IMG/VR virus record: IMGVR_UViG_3300009604_004140
Coordinates: 1,158-65,157 of that record
Length of the DNA: 64,000 bases
DNA from: a virus
Taxonomy: Duplodnaviria; Caudoviricetes
Strand: one strand, 5' to 3'
The notes beneath the pieces were generated by a model. It saw nothing but the letters and a program-made list of their open reading frames with translations. It searched no databases and was not told the DNA's origin. This document shows, piece by piece, positions 45,508-55,143 of the stretch (position 1 is the stretch's first letter; every line of letters starts with the position of its first letter). The translations under genes were made by a program, and so were the position numbers.

Positions 45508-45678
45508 TTAGGTACTGTTGCCTTTCATAAAGTCGCCAACCCATATGTAGGCTAAATTTGCTATAGCATAGCACAGGAAAACCACAGCTAGAGCATAACT
45601 CTTTTTATTTATAGCAAGATCTAGGGCCACTATTAAATATAATATGAATGCCAATACTAGCGCCATAGCTCCCATCAT
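45508..45678 (-). CDS. 56-aa 2-TM membrane protein (not in ORF track)
   Basis: MMGAMALVLAFILYLIVALDLAINKKSYALAVVFLCYAIANLAYIWVGDFMKGNST; RBS AGGAG. Confidence 0.65.
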   Translation of the reverse strand: MMGAMALVLAFILYLIVALDLAINKKSYALAVVFLCYAIANLAYIWVGDFMKGNST

Positions 45679-45693
45679 TTCATCTCCTGTGGA

Positions 45694-45951
45694 CTATTCT
45701 TTATTTAGCGTGAGAGGGATGGTGGATACTTCGTCTGGACTACAACATCCTTCTTCTGAATTTCCGCTCTCGCACGACGCTTGTTCTGGCTGCTTCGGAA
45801 TATCTAAGATTGGCGAAGGGCTTGCAAGCTGAACCTCGGTTTCGCACTCTTCAAGGTGCTGCTTCAGCCTATTCAACTGTTCTTCGGCTTCTTGCACTCT
45901 ATATCTTAGCTGTTCTGTGTACCCTAGGGCCATTTGTTCGAGACTTACCAT
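45694..45951 (-). CDS. Hypothetical coiled-coil protein
   Basis: 85-aa ORF. Confidence 0.5.
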   Translation of the reverse strand: MVSLEQMALGYTEQLRYRVQEAEEQLNRLKQHLEECETEVQLASPSPILDIPKQPEQASCESGNSEEGCCSPDEVSTIPLTLNKE

Positions 45952-45952
45952 A

Positions 45953-46402
45953 TTAAATACTCCTAATTTGAGATTTTCTTAATAGTTCACTGGAGGAATT
46001 AGTTTTGCTTCCTCCCACACCGTATACTGTTTTAATTTTTCTCCATTTGCAGTAGGCTTCTTCTGGGGAATCTTCTTCTGTTCTGTCTCCACCGTTTGCA
46101 AATGTCATGCCGTCAAAAAAATAGTCAGTGGCATAATCATTATAGATTTCTTCCAGTGTTTTTGTTACTGATTCATCTTTGTCGATTGACAAATGCACAT
46201 GGTCAACTGCTCGGAGGGCTGCTATTATACGCAATCTATCTGCTTCTCCCATGAATTGCACGGAGCCTTTGGCTTCAACTTGTTTATCGCTGTTAACAAT
46301 AACAACAAGCTTATCTCCGAGCTTTGCTGCTCCTTCGATATAGTCGAGATGGCCGCAATGCAATGGATTGAAATATCCTGATATGACAACAACCCTACTC
46401 AT
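45953..46402 (-). CDS. Cytidylyl/adenylyltransferase (TagD/RfaE-II-like)
   Basis: SGYFNPLHCGH, VNSD, ANGGDR, KTNSSS. Confidence 0.88.
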   Translation of the reverse strand: MSRVVVISGYFNPLHCGHLDYIEGAAKLGDKLVVIVNSDKQVEAKGSVQFMGEADRLRIIAALRAVDHVHLSIDKDESVTKTLEEIYNDYATDYFFDGMTFANGGDRTEEDSPEEAYCKWRKIKTVYGVGGSKTNSSSELLRKSQIRSI

Positions 46403-46743
46403 ATTTCAATGTCTCCGAGTCCATCGTCCCTGCCAACATTTATTGCAAAGGCTGTGTCGTCTCCGTTGGGGCGTCTATCATTAATAACAATGCGATTTCC
46501 TTTGCTAAGACCCATTACAAGCTGATCGTAGGGAATACCCAATCTACCCAGTTGCAATTCAGTTGTCTTTCTCATGCTCTCTCGTCGTCCCGTCGTCAAG
46601 ATTATTTTGTATTCTTTAGAACACCACTCGTTCAAACGATCCCTTGCATCGGGAAGAAGGGTTGCCTCCTTCATCGATATATCGCTAAAGGTTCCTTGAT
46701 GCTTAAGGATAGTTCCGTCGATATCAATAAATAATGTTTTCAT
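46399..46743 (-). CDS. HAD-family phosphatase
   Basis: FIDIDGT, LTTGR, VIND. Confidence 0.8.
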   Translation of the reverse strand: MKTLFIDIDGTILKHQGTFSDISMKEATLLPDARDRLNEWCSKEYKIILTTGRRESMRKTTELQLGRLGIPYDQLVMGLSKGNRIVINDRRPNGDDTAFAINVGRDDGLGDIEI

Positions 46744-46745
46744 TT

Positions 46746-47717
46746 TTACTCCAGTATGCTTTCGGCTCCATTAAATTCTACCTTCAAGTCTAGAACGGGG
46801 CATCTTTTTTCTATAGATTCAACAAGGGATTTTTTAGATTTACTATCACATAAGGCAGCAATAAATCCACTTCCACCGCTTCCGAGTAATTTAAGGCCAT
46901 ATATTTTGTTTTGCAATAAAAAATCTTCAAGGTCGTTTATTTCTGGGGTACAAATAGATCGAGATATTCTTTTCTTTTGGTTCCAGCTATCCATCATTAG
47001 CCTCCCAACCAACCGTAGGTCTTGTGAGCAAAAGGCCCTATATGCTTCCTTGGAAATATCTTTTATGGCGAGCTTTATGTTCTCGGATTTTTCTGAGTCA
47101 TGGCTTGCTGCTATCTTGCTTGTATCTCTTTGGATGTTTGTGTAAACAAGAAAAATTGAAGATTCAAATTCTTCCACAAACTCTTTACTTACCGGCAATG
47201 GCTTGACATTAAAAGATCCATCCTTTTTAATTTCTATGGAATTAAATCCCCCATAAGATGACCAAATTTGATCCTGAATTCCTCCCGCTTCCTTCAAAAT
47301 ATTTCTTTCAATATCAATTGCATCTAAGGCTATCTCCTTTTTGTCGGTAGGGAGCCCTAACAGCTTACGAATAGAATAGCATAGACCAACACAGCATGCC
47401 GAAGAACCGCCCAGCCCCGTTCTACTTGGGATGTCTGCGAAAAGATGCAAGTCCACAGCCCTCCTAACATTAAATTTTATTAGGGCTTCTCGAATAAGGG
47501 GGTTTTCTATGAGGGAATGGTCAGAAATTCTTTCTAGCTGTGAATAGGCTATGACGCTTTCATGGTCTACTACCTTGGGGCGGAACCTCAGAGATGTGTA
47601 TACATATTTGTCTATGGTAGCTCCAATGCAAAGAGACTCATGCTCACTAAAGAATGAGCTATAATCGGTAGACCCTCCAAAGAGAGAGACTCTAAAAGGA
47701 GCCCTGCTAATAATCAT
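46746..47717 (-). CDS. hddA: GHMP sugar kinase, HddA-like (heptose-7-phosphate 1-kinase)
   Basis: RAPFRVSLFGGSTD, IPSRTGLGGS, GIQDQ, KLLGSGGSGF. Confidence 0.8.
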   Translation of the reverse strand: MIISRAPFRVSLFGGSTDYSSFFSEHESLCIGATIDKYVYTSLRFRPKVVDHESVIAYSQLERISDHSLIENPLIREALIKFNVRRAVDLHLFADIPSRTGLGGSSACCVGLCYSIRKLLGLPTDKKEIALDAIDIERNILKEAGGIQDQIWSSYGGFNSIEIKKDGSFNVKPLPVSKEFVEEFESSIFLVYTNIQRDTSKIAASHDSEKSENIKLAIKDISKEAYRAFCSQDLRLVGRLMMDSWNQKKRISRSICTPEINDLEDFLLQNKIYGLKLLGSGGSGFIAALCDSKSKKSLVESIEKRCPVLDLKVEFNGAESILE

Positions 47718-48682
47718 AAATAATTAAACATGTGAGAGGTTTGTAACTGGCGTGCCGCCTTGTTCAGAGATATATACTCAAGAAAATCCACTATTTCATT
47801 GATCCCTTTTTCTACACTAAAGGCAGTATAATAACCTAAGTCATAGAGCTTTTGGCTGCTTACTATATAATCTCGCTTGTCCGGGTCAGTTCGGCTAGCA
47901 ACCTCTGAGAAGGAAGCTCCCGTTATTCTACAAACCAACTCTACCAATTCCTTTTTGGTCATGTTGGCCTCGTCGTTTCCCAGATTATATACTTGACCCC
48001 TCATTTTATCAGAATTCCGTATAGCAAACTTAAATGCCCTGCATATATCTTGCACATGAATATAGTTTCTTCTAAAGTGTCCGTCGAAAACATCAATATG
48101 CTTGTTAAACTTAGCCTCGTATGTTAGGTTGTTTACTAATAAGTCAAGACGTGGTCTGTAAGACCAACCAAAAACCGTAGCCAAACGAAAGCAAACAGTG
48201 TTGGGGTGGTTCTTTAACAAGAAATCTTCTGTGTCCTGCTTAGTTTCTCCGTAAAGAGAGAGGGGGTGGGACGGCGTTTCTTCGGTGCAGATTTCCTCTC
48301 CGGTAGACCCATATCCAGAATTTGTGTTGGGATAAATAATTAATTTTTCTGCAATGTTTTCTTCCAAAAGCCTTTCGTACCACTCATAATTAATGCTTCT
48401 TGCGTATTTTGGTATTTTGTCACACGCAGGAGCACCCACTATTGCGGCAAGCGGGATTATAACATCGGCTTCTTGTATGCAACGTCTTAAGTCGTCGCTA
48501 AAATATCGAACATCTTCTTGGTAGAATTTAGATTTGTTTGTCAGCAAATGATAAAGCTGAGGCCCCTGACCATACATAAAATTATCAAAGGCAAAAACCT
48601 GAGAGTCTGTAATAATAGACTTGAGATACCAAGTAAGCATAGATCCTATGTAGCCGCCTGCTCCAGTTATTAATATCTTCAT
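47714..48682 (-). CDS. NAD-dependent NDP-sugar epimerase/dehydratase
   Basis: TGAGGYIG, LAAIVGAPAC, YGETK, RLATVFG. Confidence 0.88.
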   Translation of the reverse strand: MKILITGAGGYIGSMLTWYLKSIITDSQVFAFDNFMYGQGPQLYHLLTNKSKFYQEDVRYFSDDLRRCIQEADVIIPLAAIVGAPACDKIPKYARSINYEWYERLLEENIAEKLIIYPNTNSGYGSTGEEICTEETPSHPLSLYGETKQDTEDFLLKNHPNTVCFRLATVFGWSYRPRLDLLVNNLTYEAKFNKHIDVFDGHFRRNYIHVQDICRAFKFAIRNSDKMRGQVYNLGNDEANMTKKELVELVCRITGASFSEVASRTDPDKRDYIVSSQKLYDLGYYTAFSVEKGINEIVDFLEYISLNKAARQLQTSHMFNYL

Positions 48683-49890
48683 CGTAAACTATTGCCTTCA
48701 AAGGGGATAATAAATTCCACACCACGATCAACCAAATCCCCACACTTGGAAATAATTTCATCAGCAAAGTTCCAACTAAGCAGCAACGCATAGCTATCGT
48801 CTTCGACTATGGAGTGGTCTTCTTTCACGATTGGTATATGGGTGTAGGGTGTGTAGAGGCCACATTTCATGGGGTTTACTTCAAACAAGCACTCTAACAC
48901 ATTGTTGTCAAGACCACAATAGGTTAAGAGGGTATTACCTTTTGCCGGAGCCCCAAATCCATAAATTTTCTTACCCTCCTCCCTTATGTCATTTATCTTT
49001 GCATTAAATTTTGACCTCCACTTAACAACCTTTTTGCCAAATCCCTTAAGGTTTTGGTAAGTTACGAACCTTGCTTCCTTTGCTGCAAGTTCTTTGTATC
49101 TCCTTCGACCGGATATTGCTGCCTCCTTGTGGGTGATCTTTGCAATAATACTTCCCCCATGAATGTCTGAGCGATAGGCGTCGAATATGGTAAGACCATG
49201 AGGCTTTAGTAGATTTGCTATAGATTGAAGGGAGTAGTAGCAAAGGTGCTCATGATAGATTCCGTCAAACGACATTTTTTCTATCATGTCACCCAGATAC
49301 ATGAACTGCACTACAAAAATTCCATCTCTAGTCAGTGCCTTTTTAATGCCCCTTATCACCGAATGCAATTCCTCTAGATGGAAGAAGACGCCGCTAGCAT
49401 TGATAAGCTTTACCTTTCCGGCAAGGTCGTGCTTATCGACAGAAGCCTCGTTAAAAAATTCGGGGATCGTGCGAATGCCTGCTTCCTTGGATAGTTTGGC
49501 GATATTGAAAGCCGATTCTATATTTAGTACGTTGTCGCATCCAATTCCCTTGTACTGTAAAAGTTGGGTGCCATCATTTCCGCCTATGTCAAGTATGAGA
49601 TCCTTTTCGGTGAGACCGAATTGCTTCTTGTTTTCTGATGCTACCTTGAAGAAGTGGAGACCTAGGGTTTCGGTGGTGCCACTTACATAGGAGTGATCAG
49701 CAAACATCACTTCTTTTTTTACAGTATAGTCCAGTTGTGCCAGCGAGCAGTTATGGCAATATACCATTCTGAGGGGATATAGAGGCTCTCTGCCCCTTTC
49801 TTTTAGTGTGATGAAGTGGTTGCACCATGCGTGCTTACCCAAGTCGAGGATTGTTTCAAGGCTACAGCCTCCGCAAGATCTACATTCCAT
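48679..49890 (-). CDS. NDP-hexose C-methyltransferase
   Basis: CRSC N-terminal Zn motif, DIGGNDG, YHEHLCYYS, HGGS, GAPAKGNT, LSWNF. Confidence 0.88.
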   Translation of the reverse strand: MECRSCGGCSLETILDLGKHAWCNHFITLKERGREPLYPLRMVYCHNCSLAQLDYTVKKEVMFADHSYVSGTTETLGLHFFKVASENKKQFGLTEKDLILDIGGNDGTQLLQYKGIGCDNVLNIESAFNIAKLSKEAGIRTIPEFFNEASVDKHDLAGKVKLINASGVFFHLEELHSVIRGIKKALTRDGIFVVQFMYLGDMIEKMSFDGIYHEHLCYYSLQSIANLLKPHGLTIFDAYRSDIHGGSIIAKITHKEAAISGRRRYKELAAKEARFVTYQNLKGFGKKVVKWRSKFNAKINDIREEGKKIYGFGAPAKGNTLLTYCGLDNNVLECLFEVNPMKCGLYTPYTHIPIVKEDHSIVEDDSYALLLSWNFADEIISKCGDLVDRGVEFIIPFEGNSLR

Positions 49891-50785
49891 ACTTTATATT
49901 CCTATAATAGTCTATTGTTTCTTTAAGGCCATTTGCAAGAGAGGTATGGTTGCAAGCCCCGACCAGAGGACTTGCCTCCAGCTTCTTTGATTTTACTCCT
50001 TCAAATGCGGTGGCATCAAACTCAATATCCTCATAATTATACTCTATATAATCACAGATTAGTTTAGCATACTCTTTGATGCTAAGCTCACTACCGGTCC
50101 CCAGATTTATCACCTCGTTCTCAAGCTTGTCAAGGGAGTCTAGGACGACATTGATGGTGTCTTTAATATAAATAAGCTCTCGACACTGGTTGCCGCTGCC
50201 CCATAAAGTTACCGGTGTTTTGCCTTCATATTTTGCAGAGCAAATCTTTTTAATAAGATCAAAAATAAAATGGGAGTCGTCAATATCGAAGCTGGGGCCA
50301 AAGAGGGTATTGGGAATAAAGTATAAAAATTTCATATCATACTGCTTAGAAAGAGCTTTCATTCCAGTGAGAAGCATTCTTTTTGTCATAGCATATGTAA
50401 ATAAATCTTTATCTGGAGTGCCATTGAAATAATTATCTTCTGACTTTATCTTGTCTGGAGGATAAGCGCAGCTTGTTCCAAAGGCAATTAGCTTTGCCTG
50501 TGGCTGATGCTCCTTCCAATAGCAAAGCATGTTGGTATTAATCTTTTGGTTATTTATCCACTGCTCTCCGGGGTGATGAAGACAAAAATCTCCCGCCTTT
50601 GTCCAAGCGGCTAAATGAAAAATATAATCGAGGGGACAGTTTATTATCGATGGGTCAATGGGCTCCAACAAATTCATTCTGGACGTATCGGATACAAAAA
50701 TTTTAGAATGAGGATACTCTTCCAAAACGCCAGACTTAAGGTGTCTTCCAACAAAGCCCCTGTGTCCAGTTATTAATATCTTCAT
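49880..50785 (-). CDS. GDP-fucose-synthase-like NDP-sugar epimerase/reductase
   Basis: TGHRGFVG, GTSCAYP, YAMTK, LWGSGNQCRELIY. Confidence 0.82.
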   Translation of the reverse strand: MKILITGHRGFVGRHLKSGVLEEYPHSKIFVSDTSRMNLLEPIDPSIINCPLDYIFHLAAWTKAGDFCLHHPGEQWINNQKINTNMLCYWKEHQPQAKLIAFGTSCAYPPDKIKSEDNYFNGTPDKDLFTYAMTKRMLLTGMKALSKQYDMKFLYFIPNTLFGPSFDIDDSHFIFDLIKKICSAKYEGKTPVTLWGSGNQCRELIYIKDTINVVLDSLDKLENEVINLGTGSELSIKEYAKLICDYIEYNYEDIEFDATAFEGVKSKKLEASPLVGACNHTSLANGLKETIDYYRNIKYGM

Positions 50786-51510
50786 GGCTTCCTTATTAAA
50801 TATAGCATATCATTTCTTATGTCGTCAAAAAGAGGTGTGTTTAATACGTGAAACTCCATTGCTTGTTGTATGACTGGATATTTGCCCTCACGCATCACCG
50901 CGCTTGAATAGCTGTCATCGCCACTTGCCTCCTTGACCGATAGGGTATCCCGAATAGTGTGCCAGCCATACTTCAAGGCTATCGCGTGTAGAGGAAACCA
51001 GTCGCATTTAAAGGAGAACTCTTCTATAAATTTACCAAACTCAAGAAGGGCTCCTCTCTCAAACGAAGTGCAATGCCCCGGAATGTAATACCATCCCATA
51101 TCTTGCAGCCCCTTGCAGAAACCCTGCTTTGGGAGGTGGTGGTCTGAAGTTACCATAGGAGGACTATATTTTTCTATGATTTCTCGGTGTCGTTTGGCAA
51201 AATCGGGAAGCAAGTAATCATCGGCAGACCCAAAGTAAAGATAATCACATTCAGACATATCAAAGCCAGTGTTTATTGTTGCTACAACCCCTTTGTTTTC
51301 GTAGTTAAGCTCTATTTTAACATTTAGCTCATCTTTATTCTCGTCATAGAATTTTTGTATAACCTCCTTGCTGTTATCGCGTTCAGAACCATCGTCAATA
51401 ACGATTACCTCATCAAACTTTTCGGTTTGAGATTTTATAGAGGCTAGCTGCCTAGCAAGGGTGGGGGCGTGATCCTTGTTTGCAATTATTATACTTAGAA
51501 CGTTACCCAT
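50782..51510 (-). CDS. GT2 glycosyltransferase
   Basis: VIDDGS, ENKGV, SADD. Confidence 0.82.
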   Translation of the reverse strand: MGNVLSIIIANKDHAPTLARQLASIKSQTEKFDEVIVIDDGSERDNSKEVIQKFYDENKDELNVKIELNYENKGVVATINTGFDMSECDYLYFGSADDYLLPDFAKRHREIIEKYSPPMVTSDHHLPKQGFCKGLQDMGWYYIPGHCTSFERGALLEFGKFIEEFSFKCDWFPLHAIALKYGWHTIRDTLSVKEASGDDSYSSAVMREGKYPVIQQAMEFHVLNTPLFDDIRNDMLYLIRKP

Positions 51511-52106
51511 TCTCCTGCTCCTACGTGTGGGTATTTGGTCTTAACGTAGCTATATTTTATTTCGTGCTTACTTAATCTTGAGGGAGGCGTATCGTGAAAG
51601 AAATCCTGTGAGCCCCATGCTGTTTGCGTGGGAGCGCCTACACTATAGCCATTGTCTTCGATTATAAACATTAAAGGAAGATCATAGTTTTCAGTAAACT
51701 TTAAAGACTCCTGATAGATTCCTGTTTCCCTACCCATGTCTCCGACGAAGCACCATACCTTCTGTGGAGAGCCCTTCTTCTTGAGGGCCAATGCTGCTCC
51801 CACAGCTATTGAGGGCGTTGATCCTACGATTGCGGAAGTAAAAAATTTAGGATCGGAGGAATTTATGGACATGCTCCTGCCCATAATTATTTGTTCTTTA
51901 AGCCATACGGGATCTAATCCATGAAGCAGTGCGTGATAATGGTTTCTCCAAGTAGAGAACACCCAATCGTTACCGTCAATGCTTTTAAAGATGTCTATTA
52001 ATTGATCTTCATTCCCATCGGATAGATGGATGGGAGCCTTGATTTTGGCCTGCAAGAATTCTTCTTTGATGTCGGTCTCAAAGCGAATTAAATCTTCTTT
52101 ATTCAT
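51495..52106 (-). CDS. TPP-dependent enzyme, E1-alpha-like (short)
   Basis: IHLSDGNE, STWRNHYHAL, GRSMS, VGD...EDNGYS. Confidence 0.85.
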   Translation of the reverse strand: MNKEDLIRFETDIKEEFLQAKIKAPIHLSDGNEDQLIDIFKSIDGNDWVFSTWRNHYHALLHGLDPVWLKEQIIMGRSMSINSSDPKFFTSAIVGSTPSIAVGAALALKKKGSPQKVWCFVGDMGRETGIYQESLKFTENYDLPLMFIIEDNGYSVGAPTQTAWGSQDFFHDTPPSRLSKHEIKYSYVKTKYPHVGAGEWVTF

Positions 52107-52625
52107 TTAAGCAATCCAATTCTCTACAATGAGGAAGCTTCCTTCGTCGTTGTATGCGCTCTTGTATGTGCTGCATATTTCAGAGGGATGATTAATTTCT
52201 AAGACATTTATGTTGGGGCACATCAAACGAAAGGCCTCTGTATGATTCTGTGTATGCTGTGGTCCTGCGTCCAGCGGCTTCTTCGCGCCCACCGCCGTCC
52301 GGATTATCACCTTGGGCTTATCGCTATCTCTGTACAAGTAGTTCAGTTTGTCTAGGTGATTTACTAATTGATTAGTGGCCAGTATTAAAAAATCAAATCG
52401 AGGATAAATGGATATTGGAACGTACCCTTCTAGAGAAAGGCCTATTGAGATGCCCATCTGCATCTCTTCGGCAACCGGCATCTCTAATTTTTTGCCATCT
52501 GGAATGTCTAAGAGGTTTCGATACATTTGATTTTCTGGGTAAACAATGTTTTGCCCCACAAATATTGTATCTGGCTGCTCAGCTAGCCACTCCATCGCCT
52601 TCTTGAGTTCTTCTTTTATGTCCAT
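52107..52625 (-). CDS. TPP-dependent enzyme, E1-beta-like (PYR domain only)
   Basis: EMPVAEE, RFDFLILATNQLVN, GPQHTQ. Confidence 0.82.
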   Translation of the reverse strand: MDIKEELKKAMEWLAEQPDTIFVGQNIVYPENQMYRNLLDIPDGKKLEMPVAEEMQMGISIGLSLEGYVPISIYPRFDFLILATNQLVNHLDKLNYLYRDSDKPKVIIRTAVGAKKPLDAGPQHTQNHTEAFRLMCPNINVLEINHPSEICSTYKSAYNDEGSFLIVENWIA

Positions 52626-52627
52626 CC

Positions 52628-53578
52628 CTACATCCTAATGATAGGCTTTCTCTCTTTACCCCAGTTTGATATAGCAACGTTAATATCTTCCAGAGTGTAC
52701 TCGATTCCCGCTATAATTGAAAAATCTTCTAGGAACGTTGCATATATAGGGATGTCTCTTTCGGGAACGGTAGATCCTCCCGCACTTCCCTTGAGCGATT
52801 TACCCCTTATAAGATCAAAAGGATCAATCTCTACCGTAGATTTAGAAGGGGTGTTGCCCACCATGATAAGGGTTCCTTTTTTGAGAACGCCCCATCCGAA
52901 TCTAAAGGCATTAATATTCCCCGTCACATCAATTATACAGTCAATCTCATTATTATTATACTCTTCTAAGCCTAGGGTCTGGAGAATATTTTTTCTGTCG
53001 AGAGAGATATCATGCCCATAAGTCTTTTTGGCAATCTTGGATGCCCACACGCAGGCCGCAGCCCCTACTCCTCCCAGACCCAAAACGAGGATTCTACTTT
53101 CTGAGATGTCCTCAATTTCATTCTTTATAACTCCTGCTCCTGTGGGGATACAGCATCCTAGAAGCGGCCCATATTTGTGGAGATGGGGAGGCAATGAGAT
53201 GGGGGTCAGTCTATTTTCGGAAACTACTGAATATTCTGAAAGGGTGCATGCCTTTCCCGAATTTATTCTGCCGTATGAAATAGGATCGCACTCTAGACCT
53301 TCCCCTTTTATCCAGCTTATTACTACGAGGTCTCCTTCTTGTACCTTCGTGACCCCCTTTCCCGTATCAACTACCTTGCCGTACCCTTCGTGCCCCAGAG
53401 TGTGCGGAAGGAATTTGTCTTCTCCCTTTAGGCCGTTTATTTCATTTAGTTGGCTGCCGCAAACAGAAGAATAAAATATTTTAACTAAAACCTGTGCTGC
53501 CTGTGGCTTAGGAACCTCTAGGTCCACTATTTCAAGAGGCTTTTTGATTCCAGTTAGAATTGCTGCTTTAAATTTCAT
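52628..53578 (-). CDS. Zn-dependent alcohol dehydrogenase (MDR)
   Basis: CGSQ, LGHEG, LGCCIPTG, GLGGVG. Confidence 0.85.
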   Translation of the reverse strand: MKFKAAILTGIKKPLEIVDLEVPKPQAAQVLVKIFYSSVCGSQLNEINGLKGEDKFLPHTLGHEGYGKVVDTGKGVTKVQEGDLVVISWIKGEGLECDPISYGRINSGKACTLSEYSVVSENRLTPISLPPHLHKYGPLLGCCIPTGAGVIKNEIEDISESRILVLGLGGVGAAACVWASKIAKKTYGHDISLDRKNILQTLGLEEYNNNEIDCIIDVTGNINAFRFGWGVLKKGTLIMVGNTPSKSTVEIDPFDLIRGKSLKGSAGGSTVPERDIPIYATFLEDFSIIAGIEYTLEDINVAISNWGKERKPIIRM

Positions 53579-53627
53579 TAGACCCGCGTTGGCATAAGAC
53601 CTTATTTTTCACTATAACATCTTTGTT

Positions 53628-54281
53628 CTATGGAATAAACCAATAAAAGTCTCCGCTATAGCCTACCTCTTCAAAAAGCGCCTTCCAATCCTTGACACTC
53701 ATCATGGTCTGTGCTGTAAGATTCCAATCTCTCATGCTTTTCTCTTCTTCGTATGTATTCCATGCGTCTACAGTTAAAAAGCAGTCTCTTCCTATTCTTT
53801 CAAGCTCGCGTAGGGATTGTTTGCATTCTTCAAGTGGGAGATTGTGTATGGTATTAATTGATATTACCAAGTCAAACTCTTTGTCTTTGAAGCAACTCAA
53901 GTCCTTTGCGTTTCTTACTTCAAGGTAAGGCTTTACGAACCAGTGGGAGTTTTCAATGGCCCAGTTAGATATGTCTATTCCTTTAACTTTGATGCCGGGA
54001 ACTGCTTGGGTGAGGTCAAAAAGCATATATCCTTTAGCACACCCAACATCAAGAACATTACTATCCTTCGTTAGACTATAATGATTCATAAGGGTCTTTA
54101 CGACCCCTTCCCAGAACTCAGGTCTATAGGAATATCCGCCATAGCCAACAGACCTATCTCCATCAAAGAAATCTTTTTCGAACTGGCGTGCTACGCGACG
54201 ATGCTCGTCTGTTTTTTTCTGAGCACGCTCCTTTGGGTTTCTTTTGGTCCTAGGATATTCTTTTAAAAGATTAATTTCCAT
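53628..54281 (-). CDS. Class I SAM methyltransferase
   Basis: FFDGDRSVGYGGY, LDVGCAKG, INTIHNL. Start MEINLL. Confidence 0.85.
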   Translation of the reverse strand: MEINLLKEYPRTKRNPKERAQKKTDEHRRVARQFEKDFFDGDRSVGYGGYSYRPEFWEGVVKTLMNHYSLTKDSNVLDVGCAKGYMLFDLTQAVPGIKVKGIDISNWAIENSHWFVKPYLEVRNAKDLSCFKDKEFDLVISINTIHNLPLEECKQSLRELERIGRDCFLTVDAWNTYEEEKSMRDWNLTAQTMMSVKDWKALFEEVGYSGDFYWFIP

Positions 54282-55116
54282 AGAAGCTATCAAACCTTCC
54301 ACTGATAAACAAAGAGCCTTCCTTATAGCTTACAGGTATGTCATCGATTCCTACAACAGGAAGCCATCCTAGTTTTTGGGACAGCATATTTAATGTGTTA
54401 AATCTATTAAATATAATTTCGGCACTTCGGACGCTTCCTACTTCGAGAACCATGTCCATCGTGTCGAAGGCTTTTATATCAATGGCTTCTAAGATCGTGT
54501 CTTCGTGCCCCTCTGCATCAATCTTAACAAGATCAGCATTCTTAACTATGTCATTAATATCTACCGTGGCAACTTCCGTCACTTCGGTTGGCCCATATAC
54601 CGCATCCTTTGATCCCTGTAGGTGGCTGCTAGTGGTGTTGTCGAGGATTCTTACAAAGCTGGCAGCCCCTTGGTGGTTTGATACAGCCGCCTTGTGCGGG
54701 CTTATGTTTTCACAGTTATTGATACGCACATTATTTAATAGCTCACCATAGTGCGTATCGTCAGGTTCATAGGAGCTTACATTGAATCCGCATTTATCCA
54801 TAAAGATTGAGTGTAGCCCTAGGTTCGCCCCAATATCAACAGCCGAGCTATATCTATTCCTATTATGCCAGTAAAAGCTGAATAAGATTATCTCATCTAA
54901 GTCAAATAGGTTGATGGTGTTGCACTTACCCATTTTAAAATATGGAATAACAAGCTCTAGGCCTCCAAAATTTATGTAGTTGTCATACCCCATATCCATT
55001 TCGTAGTGGTGGTAAATATAATTCTGAAGGTCTTCGTATATTGAATTGTATTCGGGGCACCCTCGCTGGTGATAGCTTGGTATAGTGGGGAGGTGTTCTA
55101 TTAGTCTATCTAGCAC
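54271..55116 (-). CDS. FkbM-family methyltransferase
   Basis: DIGANLG, YEPD, KIDAEGHE. Confidence 0.85.
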   Translation of the reverse strand: MLDRLIEHLPTIPSYHQRGCPEYNSIYEDLQNYIYHHYEMDMGYDNYINFGGLELVIPYFKMGKCNTINLFDLDEIILFSFYWHNRNRYSSAVDIGANLGLHSIFMDKCGFNVSSYEPDDTHYGELLNNVRINNCENISPHKAAVSNHQGAASFVRILDNTTSSHLQGSKDAVYGPTEVTEVATVDINDIVKNADLVKIDAEGHEDTILEAIDIKAFDTMDMVLEVGSVRSAEIIFNRFNTLNMLSQKLGWLPVVGIDDIPVSYKEGSLFISGRFDSFYGN

Positions 55117-55143
55117 AGAAATATCCTCTCTATTTTATAAGGT

